Assembly (NCBI GenBank): GCA_003568415.1
Contig: PWXV01000336.1
Location: forward strand, 69,774-133,773
Direction: 5' to 3'
Length of the DNA stretch: 64,000 bases
Source: Ignavibacteriales bacterium
GTDB lineage: Bacteria; Bacteroidota; Ignavibacteria; T3Sed10-11
In this document: piece after piece, positions 10,632 to 20,100 of the stretch
Numbering within the stretch: the first letter of the stretch is position 1
Layout: each line of letters starts with the position of its first letter
Translations under genes and position numbers: made by a program
The notes under the pieces: generated by a model
What the model was told of the DNA's origin: nothing
The model's input: only the letters and a program-made list of their open reading frames with translations
The model's database searches: none

Positions 10632-12056
10632 ATGGAATTTAACCCGACAGATATTTTACATATTCTACCGATCATTATCGTTACTGCGACGGCGCTGGCA
10701 ATATTACTTCTTGAAATTACCATTAAACGTGCTGAGCCGGTAGTTTTTATCTTCAGTATTGCCGGCTTACTTGCCGCTATGGTATCGGCAATATATCTGT
10801 ATCCGATACGCGAAGCTGCATTTTACGATATGGTCAATGTCGGCGGTTTTGCAAGCTTCTTTCACGTTATATTTTTAATTATAACGATATTAACATTCTT
10901 AATTTCCCGCCAGTACATTGAGCGCATGGGTATATACCACAGTGAATACTATGCAATGATTCTCTTCTCGCTTGTGGGTATGATGCTGATCGCCTCATCG
11001 CGTGATTTACTGATGCTCTTCATCGGCATTGAATTGATGTCGATAAGCTTTTATGTTCTTGCCGGATTTATGCGCCGGAGGTTAACGTCGAATGAAGCTG
11101 CACTAAAATATTTTCTGTTGGGGGCGTTTGCGACAGGTTTTCTCGTCTATGGTATTGCTTTGATATATGGTTCGGCTGCAACTACAAGTCTTCCCGCAAT
11201 AGCCGGACAACTTGATGAACTATTCAACAGCACCTTGTTCTGGATTGGTGTTGCGTTGCTGACGATGGGCTTTTCATTCAAAGTTGCTTCGGTACCCTTT
11301 CATATGTGGGCACCCGATGTGTACGAAGGTGCACCGACAACGATCACCGCGTTTATGTCTACAGCAGGAAAAGCTGCTGCATTCTCCGGTTTTCTTATTG
11401 TTGTTATGTATGCATTCGCCGGTGGAACCGAGAAGCTGCAGGATCTCTTTGCAATACTTGCTGTTGCATCTATGGTGGTAGGAAACGTAATTGCAATAAC
11501 GCAACAGAATCTCAAACGTATGCTTGCGTATTCAAGTATCGCACATGCGGGCTATATGCTCATCGGATTTGCAGCTGCAAGTGAGCTTGGTATGAGCGGT
11601 GTTATGTTTTATGTTGTCGCTTATGGATTTATGAATATCGGTGCATTTGGGGTTTTGTCTATGGTGGAATACGGCGAGAATAAAAATCTGACTTTCGACG
11701 AGTATAAGGGGTTTGCTTCGCGGAAGCCGTTATTAGCAGCCTTGATGGCGATATTTATGTTCTCATTGTCGGGAATCCCGCCGTTTGCCGGTTTCTTTGG
11801 CAAATATTACATTTTTATAGCGGCTATTCAGGAGGGATATACCTGGCTTGCCATCGTAGGCGTTCTCGCAAGTGTCGTCGGGGTTTATTATTATATACGG
11901 GTCATAATATATATGTATTTTTATGATGGAGATGTGACGCTCGAAGCGGAGCCGTCATATATTGGTATAACGGCACTTGTTATATCAGCCATCGCAGTGT
12001 TACAAATGGGTATTCTTCCAACAACAGTATTGCGTTTAACGACCGGATTGTTCTGA
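10632..12056 (+). CDS. nuoN: NADH-quinone oxidoreductase subunit N
   Basis: SNEAALKYFLLG, FKVASVPFHMWAPDVYEGAP, KRMLAYSSIAHAGY. Confidence 0.97.
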   Translation: MEFNPTDILHILPIIIVTATALAILLLEITIKRAEPVVFIFSIAGLLAAMVSAIYLYPIREAAFYDMVNVGGFASFFHVIFLIITILTFLISRQYIERMGIYHSEYYAMILFSLVGMMLIASSRDLLMLFIGIELMSISFYVLAGFMRRRLTSNEAALKYFLLGAFATGFLVYGIALIYGSAATTSLPAIAGQLDELFNSTLFWIGVALLTMGFSFKVASVPFHMWAPDVYEGAPTTITAFMSTAGKAAAFSGFLIVVMYAFAGGTEKLQDLFAILAVASMVVGNVIAITQQNLKRMLAYSSIAHAGYMLIGFAAASELGMSGVMFYVVAYGFMNIGAFGVLSMVEYGENKNLTFDEYKGFASRKPLLAALMAIFMFSLSGIPPFAGFFGKYYIFIAAIQEGYTWLAIVGVLASVVGVYYYIRVIIYMYFYDGDVTLEAEPSYIGITALVISAIAVLQMGILPTTVLRLTTGLF

Positions 12057-12060
12057 ATTT

Positions 12061-13623
12061 ATGCAACTAATTGCCTCAGCAGTGGAGATGCGGGGATGTG
12101 ATGAAGAAGCAATACAGCGGTACGGTATTCCCGGAATTATATTAATGGAGAACGCCGCACGCGGTACTGCCGATGCAATGCATGCTCACATTACCTCACT
12201 TTCCCAAAAACATATTTTAATTATCTGCGGAAAAGGCAACAACGGTGGAGATGGATTCGCACTCGCACGTCATCTTTTTGAGCGTGGATGTACCGTCACG
12301 GTAGGAACACTTTCTCCGATAAATCAACTTAAAGGTGATGCACGTGTTAATGCCGATATTATTAAAAAAATAAGCCGGAGTGATTCATCCGGAAAAATCA
12401 CGCTTGTAACATCAATTACCCGTCAGAAACTTGAAGATCTCCCGCCGGTTGATGTAGTTGTGGATGCAATACTCGGTACTGGTTTTAAAGGAAAACTAAA
12501 ACCAAAAGTTGCTTCTATAGTTGCATGGATGAATAATTTACCGGCAACCCGTGTGGCGATTGATATACCATCGGGAGTTGATGCAGATTCAGGTAACGCT
12601 GAAGGTATTACGGTTCAGGCGGATATCACGTGTACTATGGGACTGCTAAAAACAGGTCTCCTTTTCTCACCGGGGCGTGATGCAGCAGGTAAAATTATTT
12701 GTGTTGATATTCAGATTCCCCCTGAAGTGTTTCGTCTTGCAAATATAAAAACATATATCGTGGATGAGCACGATGTTCGTAATGCTTTTCCGGCACGTGC
12801 ACTTGATGCACACAAGTATCAACTCGGGAAAGTATTTGTACTTGCCGGATCGACCGGTTTAACCGGTGCTGCTGCATTAACCTCGACAAGCGCTTTGAGG
12901 AGCGGGGCAGGAGCTGTTGTTCTTGGTATTCCAGAAACTTTTAATCTGATGATGGAAAAGAAATTAACTGAAGTAATGACATTACCTCTTGCAGATGATG
13001 GTTCGGGAGTGTTGCATGGTTCTGCGTGGGATCAGATAAAAGAACAAAGTAAGTGGGCAGATGTAATAGCAGCGGGCCCGGGATTATCAAGATCAGATGA
13101 TGTTAAAGAAATTGTCGTGCGCTTGATAAGAGAAGTGGAAAAACCAGTTGTTCTTGATGCGGATGCCTTGAATGTCCTGTCAGGGAGCGACTCATTATTA
13201 TCGAAACGGAAAGCGCCGGTTATTATAACCCCTCATACTGGTGAATTCTCACGTTTATCCGGTATCAGTAATGAAGCGATAAAAAATGAACGTATTTCTG
13301 TCGCTCAACGTTATGCACGTATGCGTAAGATTACATTAGTATTAAAAGGCGGTCCCTCGATAGTTGCATCAAAAGATGGTAACCTTTATATTAACCAAAC
13401 CGGAAATCCCGGGATGGCGACTGCAGGTGCTGGAGATGTTTTAACCGGAATAATTGCCGGCTTGTGGGCGCAGGGGATGACGGAAGACGCGGCAGCGTAT
13501 TGTGGTGCATATATTCACGGAGCTGCCGGAGATGCAGCGGCATTGAAATATGGTTACCAGGCAATGACCGCAGGAGATATTCAAGAAGAGTTGTTGAAGG
13601 TATTTAAGGGGATTACAGGTTGA
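12061..13623 (+). CDS. nnr: bifunctional NAD(P)H-hydrate epimerase/dehydratase
   Basis: YjeF-N GKGNNGGDG and DIPSG; YjeF-C VLDADAL, TPHTGEF, GMATAGAGDVLTG. Confidence 0.95.
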   Translation: MQLIASAVEMRGCDEEAIQRYGIPGIILMENAARGTADAMHAHITSLSQKHILIICGKGNNGGDGFALARHLFERGCTVTVGTLSPINQLKGDARVNADIIKKISRSDSSGKITLVTSITRQKLEDLPPVDVVVDAILGTGFKGKLKPKVASIVAWMNNLPATRVAIDIPSGVDADSGNAEGITVQADITCTMGLLKTGLLFSPGRDAAGKIICVDIQIPPEVFRLANIKTYIVDEHDVRNAFPARALDAHKYQLGKVFVLAGSTGLTGAAALTSTSALRSGAGAVVLGIPETFNLMMEKKLTEVMTLPLADDGSGVLHGSAWDQIKEQSKWADVIAAGPGLSRSDDVKEIVVRLIREVEKPVVLDADALNVLSGSDSLLSKRKAPVIITPHTGEFSRLSGISNEAIKNERISVAQRYARMRKITLVLKGGPSIVASKDGNLYINQTGNPGMATAGAGDVLTGIIAGLWAQGMTEDAAAYCGAYIHGAAGDAAALKYGYQAMTAGDIQEELLKVFKGITG

Positions 13624-14036
13624 AGGAAAAGAACAAGGGATTTTGGGTTTATAGCGCCCCGGCAATTTTTTATGGCATTTTAGTTATCATTGCGACGGGA
13701 ACCCCCGGTTCCTACATTCCCTCTATTGGTATTGAGGGACTTGATAAAGTGGTTCATTTCGGAATGCACTTTTTATTTGCCATGCTTGTTCATCGGGCGT
13801 TATTGTATCACGCGAACGGAACAATTATAAAAACGCAAACATTATTGCTGACGGTATTATTTGTTTCCATTTTTGGCATAATTATCGAATGGTACCAGAC
13901 TTTCATTCCCGATCGTCATCCGACTATTGGCGACGGTGTGGCGAATATTCTTGGTGTAATTGTGTATGCATTGCTTTATACAGCCGGTTTATCGCGTATT
14001 TGGCCGGAACGGAGCATTAGAGTTTTACGGAACTAA
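13620..14036 (+). CDS. VanZ family protein
   Basis: DKVVHFGMH, IEWYQTFIPDR..D.VAN..G; TTG start overlapping the nnr stop. Confidence 0.8.
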   Translation: MKEKNKGFWVYSAPAIFYGILVIIATGTPGSYIPSIGIEGLDKVVHFGMHFLFAMLVHRALLYHANGTIIKTQTLLLTVLFVSIFGIIIEWYQTFIPDRHPTIGDGVANILGVIVYALLYTAGLSRIWPERSIRVLRN

Positions 14037-14076
14037 TGAATTTACAGCGTGTTATAGATAGTGTAAGAAAAAATAT

Positions 14077-14105
14077 TTGACAAAACATTCGAATATTGAT
14101 ATATT
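14077..14105 (+). promoter_or_regulatory. sigma70-type promoter for tonB
   Basis: TTGACA-17 bp-TATATT. Confidence 0.7.
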
Positions 14106-14152
14106 TTAAAAAATAACCAGGTAAAACTCCAAAAAATAGGGAGTTGATAAAT

Positions 14153-14809
14153 ATGGCTAAATTAAAACGAGGTAAGGTACCTGAAGAAGATCTCCGGCTC
14201 AAGTACCCCAAGGTACTTGAGATCAGTCTGATCGTTGCGATAGCGGTTTTTATTATCGCATTCAGATTTCTGCCGGAATGGGAAGGTCCTGAAGGTACCA
14301 TAATCCAGGACCAGGAGCTCGTTGACATCGAGGATGTCGATGTCACAAGACAGGAAGAACGGCCACCACCACCACCGCGTCCGCCGATACCAATTGAAGC
14401 ACCTGGTGATGAGGTGATGGATGATCTCCATTTTGATTGGAGCGAACTTGATCAATATGAAGATGTTCCGCCGCCACCTCCGCCGCAGGATGATGAACCG
14501 GAGGAACAATTCTTCCTGGCAGTGGAAGAGATGCCTGAGATAGTCGGTGGCATCGAATCTATCCAGCGCCGGGTTCGTTACCCTGAGCTTGCAAAACGAG
14601 CTGGTGTTGAGGGTACGGTTTATATCTATGCGTTTGTTAACGAACAAGGTCAGGTAGTCAGAACTGAGATCGTTAACGATCCGGGAGCCGGACTTGGTGA
14701 CGCGGCAGCAGAAGCTGTCCGACAGGCAGAGTTTACCCCCGGAAAACAGCGTGGTCAGCCGGTTCCGGTACGTGTTTCAATACCGGTTCATTTCCGGTTA
14801 GCACGATAA
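14153..14809 (+). CDS. tonB: energy transducer TonB
   Basis: N-terminal TM, Pro-rich linker, TonB_C YPELAKRAGVEGTV..FTPGKQRGQPV; ATG at 14153 preferred over TTG 14144 because AGGGAG lies about 9 nt upstream. Confidence 0.9.
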   Translation: MAKLKRGKVPEEDLRLKYPKVLEISLIVAIAVFIIAFRFLPEWEGPEGTIIQDQELVDIEDVDVTRQEERPPPPPRPPIPIEAPGDEVMDDLHFDWSELDQYEDVPPPPPPQDDEPEEQFFLAVEEMPEIVGGIESIQRRVRYPELAKRAGVEGTVYIYAFVNEQGQVVRTEIVNDPGAGLGDAAAEAVRQAEFTPGKQRGQPVPVRVSIPVHFRLAR

Positions 14810-14822
14810 ACATATTACACAT

Positions 14823-14858
14823 AAAACCCCTTATTGATTTTTCAATAGGGGGTTTTTT
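14823..14858 (+). terminator. intrinsic terminator after tonB (possibly bidirectional)
   Basis: AAAACCCCTTATTGA-TTTT-TCAATAGGGGGTTTT hairpin running into a T tract. Confidence 0.8.
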
Positions 14859-14867
14859 ATATCAATT

Positions 14868-16106
14868 ATGGAAGTCCAATTATTCCTTTTATTCATTGCA
14901 ACCCTTCTGTTGAGTACGTTATTTTCCGCATCGGAGATTGCGTTTGTTGTTGCGAACAGATTGAAGATAGAAGTACGCGCACGTAAGAAAGTTACCGGTG
15001 CCGAGACAACCCTTGCCTTTACCAGACAACCCGAACGGTATTTTTCCACTTTATTGGTTGGTAATAACATTGCCAATGTTGCCTGCTCATCAATTGCCAC
15101 TGCATTGTTCGGCATTTTTTTTGGGTGGGGGGAATTCACCATACTTGTTATGGTGTCAGTTTCGCTACTCATACTCGGTGAGGTAATACCGAAAACAATT
15201 GCTCGTGATGCAGCCGATTTTGTGGTTATAATATTTGCTTTATTTATCAAATTTATTCGAATTATACTCTATCCTTTAGTTTGGTTGTCTGAAAAATCAT
15301 CACAAGTATTGCTTGGTATATTTAATATCAAATCTGAGGAAGTTAAACATTTTTTCTCACGCAGTGATTTTAATCAGCTTATTCGTGAGAGCAGCGAGAG
15401 CGGTGGAGTTGATACCGAAGACGGAACTATGATCGTAAAGGCAATATCGCTTGCCGACCAGCCGGTTCGCGAAGTCATGATCCCGCGTACAGAAATTGTT
15501 GCGGTTGATCAGTCGGCAACAATGCAGGAGCTAATCCGCATATTTCGCAGGTCGGGATTTTCAAGACTTCCGGTGTATAAGGATACGCTCGATCAGATCG
15601 TCGGGATTGTGTATGCCCATGATCTCTTTCAACGCCCGCGATCGCTCAAGAATATTATCCGGGAAGTTTTCTTTGTTCCCGAATCCAAAAAGAGTGCTGA
15701 TTTGTTGCGCGAGTTTAGACAACGGGGTATTACAATCGCAATTGTCGTTGATGAATACGGCGGGACGGCAGGCATTGTAACTACCGAAGACCTCATCGAA
15801 GAATTGGTGGGGGAAATCCATGATGAGTTTGATGTTGAAGAAATAGTCTGTGAAAAAGTAAACGACACATCATATCTGTTAAGCGGACGGGTGGAGATAG
15901 ATCATCTCAATGAAAAATTTAATCTTGAAATCCCGTACGGTGAATATGAAACAATTGCTGGGTTTGTCATGCATGCAGCCGGTAAAATTCCAAGACAAGG
16001 AGATGTTATCCGGTATAATTCTTTTACACTGACTATATTGAAGGCAACGAAAAATAAAATTCAACTTGTTCAGCTTGATGTCACACCAGAAAAAACGGAA
16101 CAGTAG
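14868..16106 (+). CDS. CNNM/CorB-type hemolysin-family protein (DUF21-CBS-CBS-CorC)
   Basis: FSASEIAF, LVGNNIAN, GEVIPK, FSRLPVY, VVDEYGGTAGIVT. Confidence 0.92.
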   Translation: MEVQLFLLFIATLLLSTLFSASEIAFVVANRLKIEVRARKKVTGAETTLAFTRQPERYFSTLLVGNNIANVACSSIATALFGIFFGWGEFTILVMVSVSLLILGEVIPKTIARDAADFVVIIFALFIKFIRIILYPLVWLSEKSSQVLLGIFNIKSEEVKHFFSRSDFNQLIRESSESGGVDTEDGTMIVKAISLADQPVREVMIPRTEIVAVDQSATMQELIRIFRRSGFSRLPVYKDTLDQIVGIVYAHDLFQRPRSLKNIIREVFFVPESKKSADLLREFRQRGITIAIVVDEYGGTAGIVTTEDLIEELVGEIHDEFDVEEIVCEKVNDTSYLLSGRVEIDHLNEKFNLEIPYGEYETIAGFVMHAAGKIPRQGDVIRYNSFTLTILKATKNKIQLVQLDVTPEKTEQ

Positions 16107-16108
16107 TA

Positions 16109-17116
16109 GTGCGAATTATATATTCCATATTCCTTGGTTTTATTATTACCGGTAATATTGTGCCAGGCCATGATGCTGATCTGAATTACGCTCCACATAC
16201 TTCCACCAGTACGGAGGCCGTTGTAGTAAACTTTACCGGTGATTGTATCTTCGATAACCATTTTGAGACCTATGTCGGAGATGACATTGCAAGTGTTTTT
16301 GCCGGGGTGCCGTGGTTTTACCAATCCGATATTAACAAGATCAATCTTGAACATCCGATAACCTTGCATAATGAGCCGGAGGATAAGAAATTTACATTTC
16401 GGATGCATCCTCGATACCTTCGTCTGCTCGAAAAAGGGAACGTAAACCTTGTGAATGCAGCAAACAATCATATCTATGATTTCGGGATCACCGGAATCGA
16501 AGATACTATGGAATATCTCGATTCGGTTAATATTGCTTATGTCGGGATCGGGAAAACCTTGCAAGAGGCACGAGAACCTGTTATATTTAAAGTTAAGGAT
16601 AAGACGCTCGGTTTTCTTGGCTATTTCGGCGGAGCAGGACAATTTGCCGCAAGCGATACCTCGTCCGGACTTGCTCCGAGATATCCGTCGTTTATTTTTC
16701 AGGATATCAGAAACCTCCGTCCAAAAGTAGATTATGTTATTGTCTCCTTTCATTGGGGAATTGAAAGTGAGCGTTATCCTGAAGAATGGCAAACAGAACT
16801 GGGTAGAGCATGTATAGATGCTGGTGCCGATCTCGTCGTCGGGCATCATCCTCACGTCTTGCAGGGTATCGAACAATACAACGGAGGCGTGATTGCATAC
16901 TCACTTGGTAATTTTATTTTTGGGGGAAGATACAGACCGGTGTATGACACCATAGTTCTCCAGGTTATGTTTAGTGATGAAATGGTGGTTCGACCGATTC
17001 CGGTTCGGATTAATAGGTGGCGGGTAATGAACCTGGATGGTGGATCAGCACAAGCTGTTATGGATACACTTCGCGTGTATTCGAGTACCTTTCCGGTCAG
17101 CATTTTTGACGAGTAA
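16109..17116 (+). CDS. CapA/PgsA-family metallophosphoesterase, exported
   Basis: TGD, INLE, ANNH, FHWG, GHHPH, YSLGNF motifs; N-terminal hydrophobic segment. Confidence 0.88.
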   Translation: MRIIYSIFLGFIITGNIVPGHDADLNYAPHTSTSTEAVVVNFTGDCIFDNHFETYVGDDIASVFAGVPWFYQSDINKINLEHPITLHNEPEDKKFTFRMHPRYLRLLEKGNVNLVNAANNHIYDFGITGIEDTMEYLDSVNIAYVGIGKTLQEAREPVIFKVKDKTLGFLGYFGGAGQFAASDTSSGLAPRYPSFIFQDIRNLRPKVDYVIVSFHWGIESERYPEEWQTELGRACIDAGADLVVGHHPHVLQGIEQYNGGVIAYSLGNFIFGGRYRPVYDTIVLQVMFSDEMVVRPIPVRINRWRVMNLDGGSAQAVMDTLRVYSSTFPVSIFDE

Positions 17117-17121
17117 GTATA

Positions 17122-20100
17122 ATGGGGAACAAAAAAATATACAATTCAAAGCAGCAGAAATTTGAAGATCTGCCGACAGCCGTGGTAGAATGTACGAGCC
17201 GTACCATATATTATGCAAATAGGGCTGCCATCAGTTTATTCAATCATTCCGGTAAAATTCCAACGACACTTGCGATGTTCTTTGGTGAACAAACCGCAAA
17301 AAAAATCAGAAAAATTCTTCGCGACAAGAGTAAGCATGGGGAGATTGTCACGATACAGGATAAGGTGTTTGATGTAAAACTTAAGAACGCAGCGACGGAA
17401 TCGAATCGTCGGGAACTGTATCTCACCGATATCACAAATGTATACCGGCAGCTCGATCGGGAAAAGCAATCGATCGGAGTTTTTCAAACCATTGTTGAGA
17501 ACTCCGAAGATGGTATTAGTATCGTCGAGAAAGATCGCTTAGTATACGTTAATAACAAATTTCTGGAATTGTACGGGTATTCCGAGCCCGGACAATTAAT
17601 CGGCAAACCGCTTACCGTTGTTGTCGCGCCAGAAGATCAGGAACGTGTTCTGGCAACGAGTCACTCTCGACAACGGGGGCGGGATACACCTTTTATCTAT
17701 GATTTCAAAGGCAAAAAACAGCATGGTGAGATAATTGAAATAGAGGTTGCCGCATCACGAATTCAGTACAATGGCAAACACGTTAGCTTGAGTTTTCATC
17801 GCGATGTTACCGAACGGAATATGCTTGAGAAACAGTTGATTGAGTCGGAAGAATTCCGTGAGAATGTATTCTCGAGTTTAGAGCATGGTGTTGTAGTATT
17901 CGATACATCATTATCCTGTATTGATTGGAATCACCAGATGCAATATTTTACCGGTCTTGATCGGTCTGAAGCGATAGGAATGCACGCCCGTCAAATATTT
18001 AAAAAATTCAAGGATCACGGTGCACTTGAGAAGTTTGACAATGTGTTAACCGGCACAAAAGTATCCTTCGGATATCTTCCCTATCTCCATCCGGTTACAA
18101 AACAGATGAGGTACGCCTGGTTACATCTTTCTCCACTCCTTAATGCAAAAGGGACGGTGCGTGGTATTGTCGGCATACTTTCGGATCTCACTCATCAAAA
18201 ATTTATGCAGGATGAGATTAAAGAATCCGAGACGCTTTTCCGAAACGTTCTTGAAGCTATGGGTGATGCACTCGTACTTACCGATTTACAGGGACGGGTG
18301 CTACGGGTGAACAAAGAGTTTGAACGCATTACCGGATATCGGGAAGATGAAGCCCTCGGCCAAACAATACCGTATTCCTGGTTTTATGAACCGGACACTT
18401 CACGCTTTGTTGTCTGGATTTCAGAATTGCGTGAAAAGAACTACCTGCACGATTTCGATATTCGCTGGAAGAGTAAATCCAATGAGATCATACCTGTGAG
18501 TTTGAATACAACATTGTTACGGAATAAGGAGGGTGATCCCGTTGCAATGCTCAATATTGCACGCAATATTACTGACCGCAAAAAATTAGAAACTGAATTA
18601 CAGAATCGCACTCAACAAATCGAACTTATTAACCGTGTCATTAGTAAAGCTAATGAAACAATTGAAATTAACGATTTGCTTGATACGCTAAACCATGAAC
18701 TTCGTCAACTTATCGAGTTTGACCGGTTTGGTATAATATTATTGCGTGGTTTGGACTCGGTGGAAGAAGTTGCGTTTACCACCGATGATGATAATGGAAA
18801 GAGCAAGCGAGAGGAACATACCGGAACCAATACATCGCTCGGTATCGATATTCGAAGCTGGGGAAAACCATATACCTCAAATAATCTGCTCGGTGAATCG
18901 TTTGAAAAACTCAATTTACCGCTTGTAAACATGGGCTACAAATCACTTGTAGCTGTACCGATATATACAAAAGATACATTTCTCGGAATTCTCTATCTCG
19001 CTATGCGAGAAGCAAACGGCTTCATCGGAAATGAGATATCTCTCCTGCAACCAATATGTGAGCAAATCGGATTAATCGTCGATAAACTCAACCTGTTTAC
19101 ACGGGTCCGTGACGATGCCCAGTATATTCACAACCTGTTGTATTCGATGGATGATATTGTTTTCACGGTCAATACCGATCTCGTCATTACCGAATCGAAT
19201 ACCCCGTTGAATGAATTCCCGTTTACCGATAAAAGAAGGGTGAGGAATAAACAGAAAACTCTTATAGGTCAACCGTTGTACGATGTAGTCAAAAAAGCAC
19301 CGTATAGGGAAGGTATCGAACAGGTTGTATCGGCGTTGTTTTCAGAAAACATAACAATTTATAACACCGAGTTCACCTATGCCTTTAATGGAGAGGACAA
19401 ATTTTATCAACTGCGCATTAATCCTATGAAGATCGAAGGCCGTATTGTGGGGTTGGTCTTTACTCATACGGATATCACCGCGCTTAAAAAAACCGAGGAA
19501 GAGTTGAAGCGGCGTAACCGCGATCTTATAGAGTTAAACGAAATCTCAGCGATACTGACAAAGTCGCTTAATCTCAATGAAGTATATACTATAACACTTG
19601 ATAAGATTTTAAAGATATTTAAAGCCTCGATTGTTACGGTGTATCTAATTGAAGACGAGAAAACACATTTGTCTGGCTATATCGGGGAACTCACCAAAAG
19701 CGAAGTACGTGAGGTAGAAAAGATCGATATATCCAATAGTGTAATCGGAGAAGTGTTACGGGCGGAGCAATCGGTTACGATTTCGGATGGTCTGGATAAG
19801 TATCCGAACCTATCTGCAAAGTGGCGCCCCATTATCGACAAATATAATCTACAGGCAAGTGTTGTCATTCCATTGACAGTCCAAAAGAATGTACTTGGTG
19901 TTCTGAGTGTTGAATTCAATCATCGGCGAAAACTCTCAAATCAGGAAATGCACCTTCTCCAGCTTATAAGCAATCAGCTCAGTGCAGCCATTGAGAACAT
20001 TCGTCTGTATAAAAACCTTCAGGCACGCGTCAATGATCTTACCATTCTTGCATCGCTTGGTAATATATATGCATCCTCGCTCGATATACATGAAATAGCA

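Noticed and set aside
14360-14490. CCA/CCG repeat tracts
   Set aside because: Encode the ordinary poly-Pro linker of TonB, not a DNA repeat element
16070-16876. 268-aa minus-strand ORF
   Set aside because: Lies opposite the well-supported capA gene, has no recognisable motifs; shadow ORF
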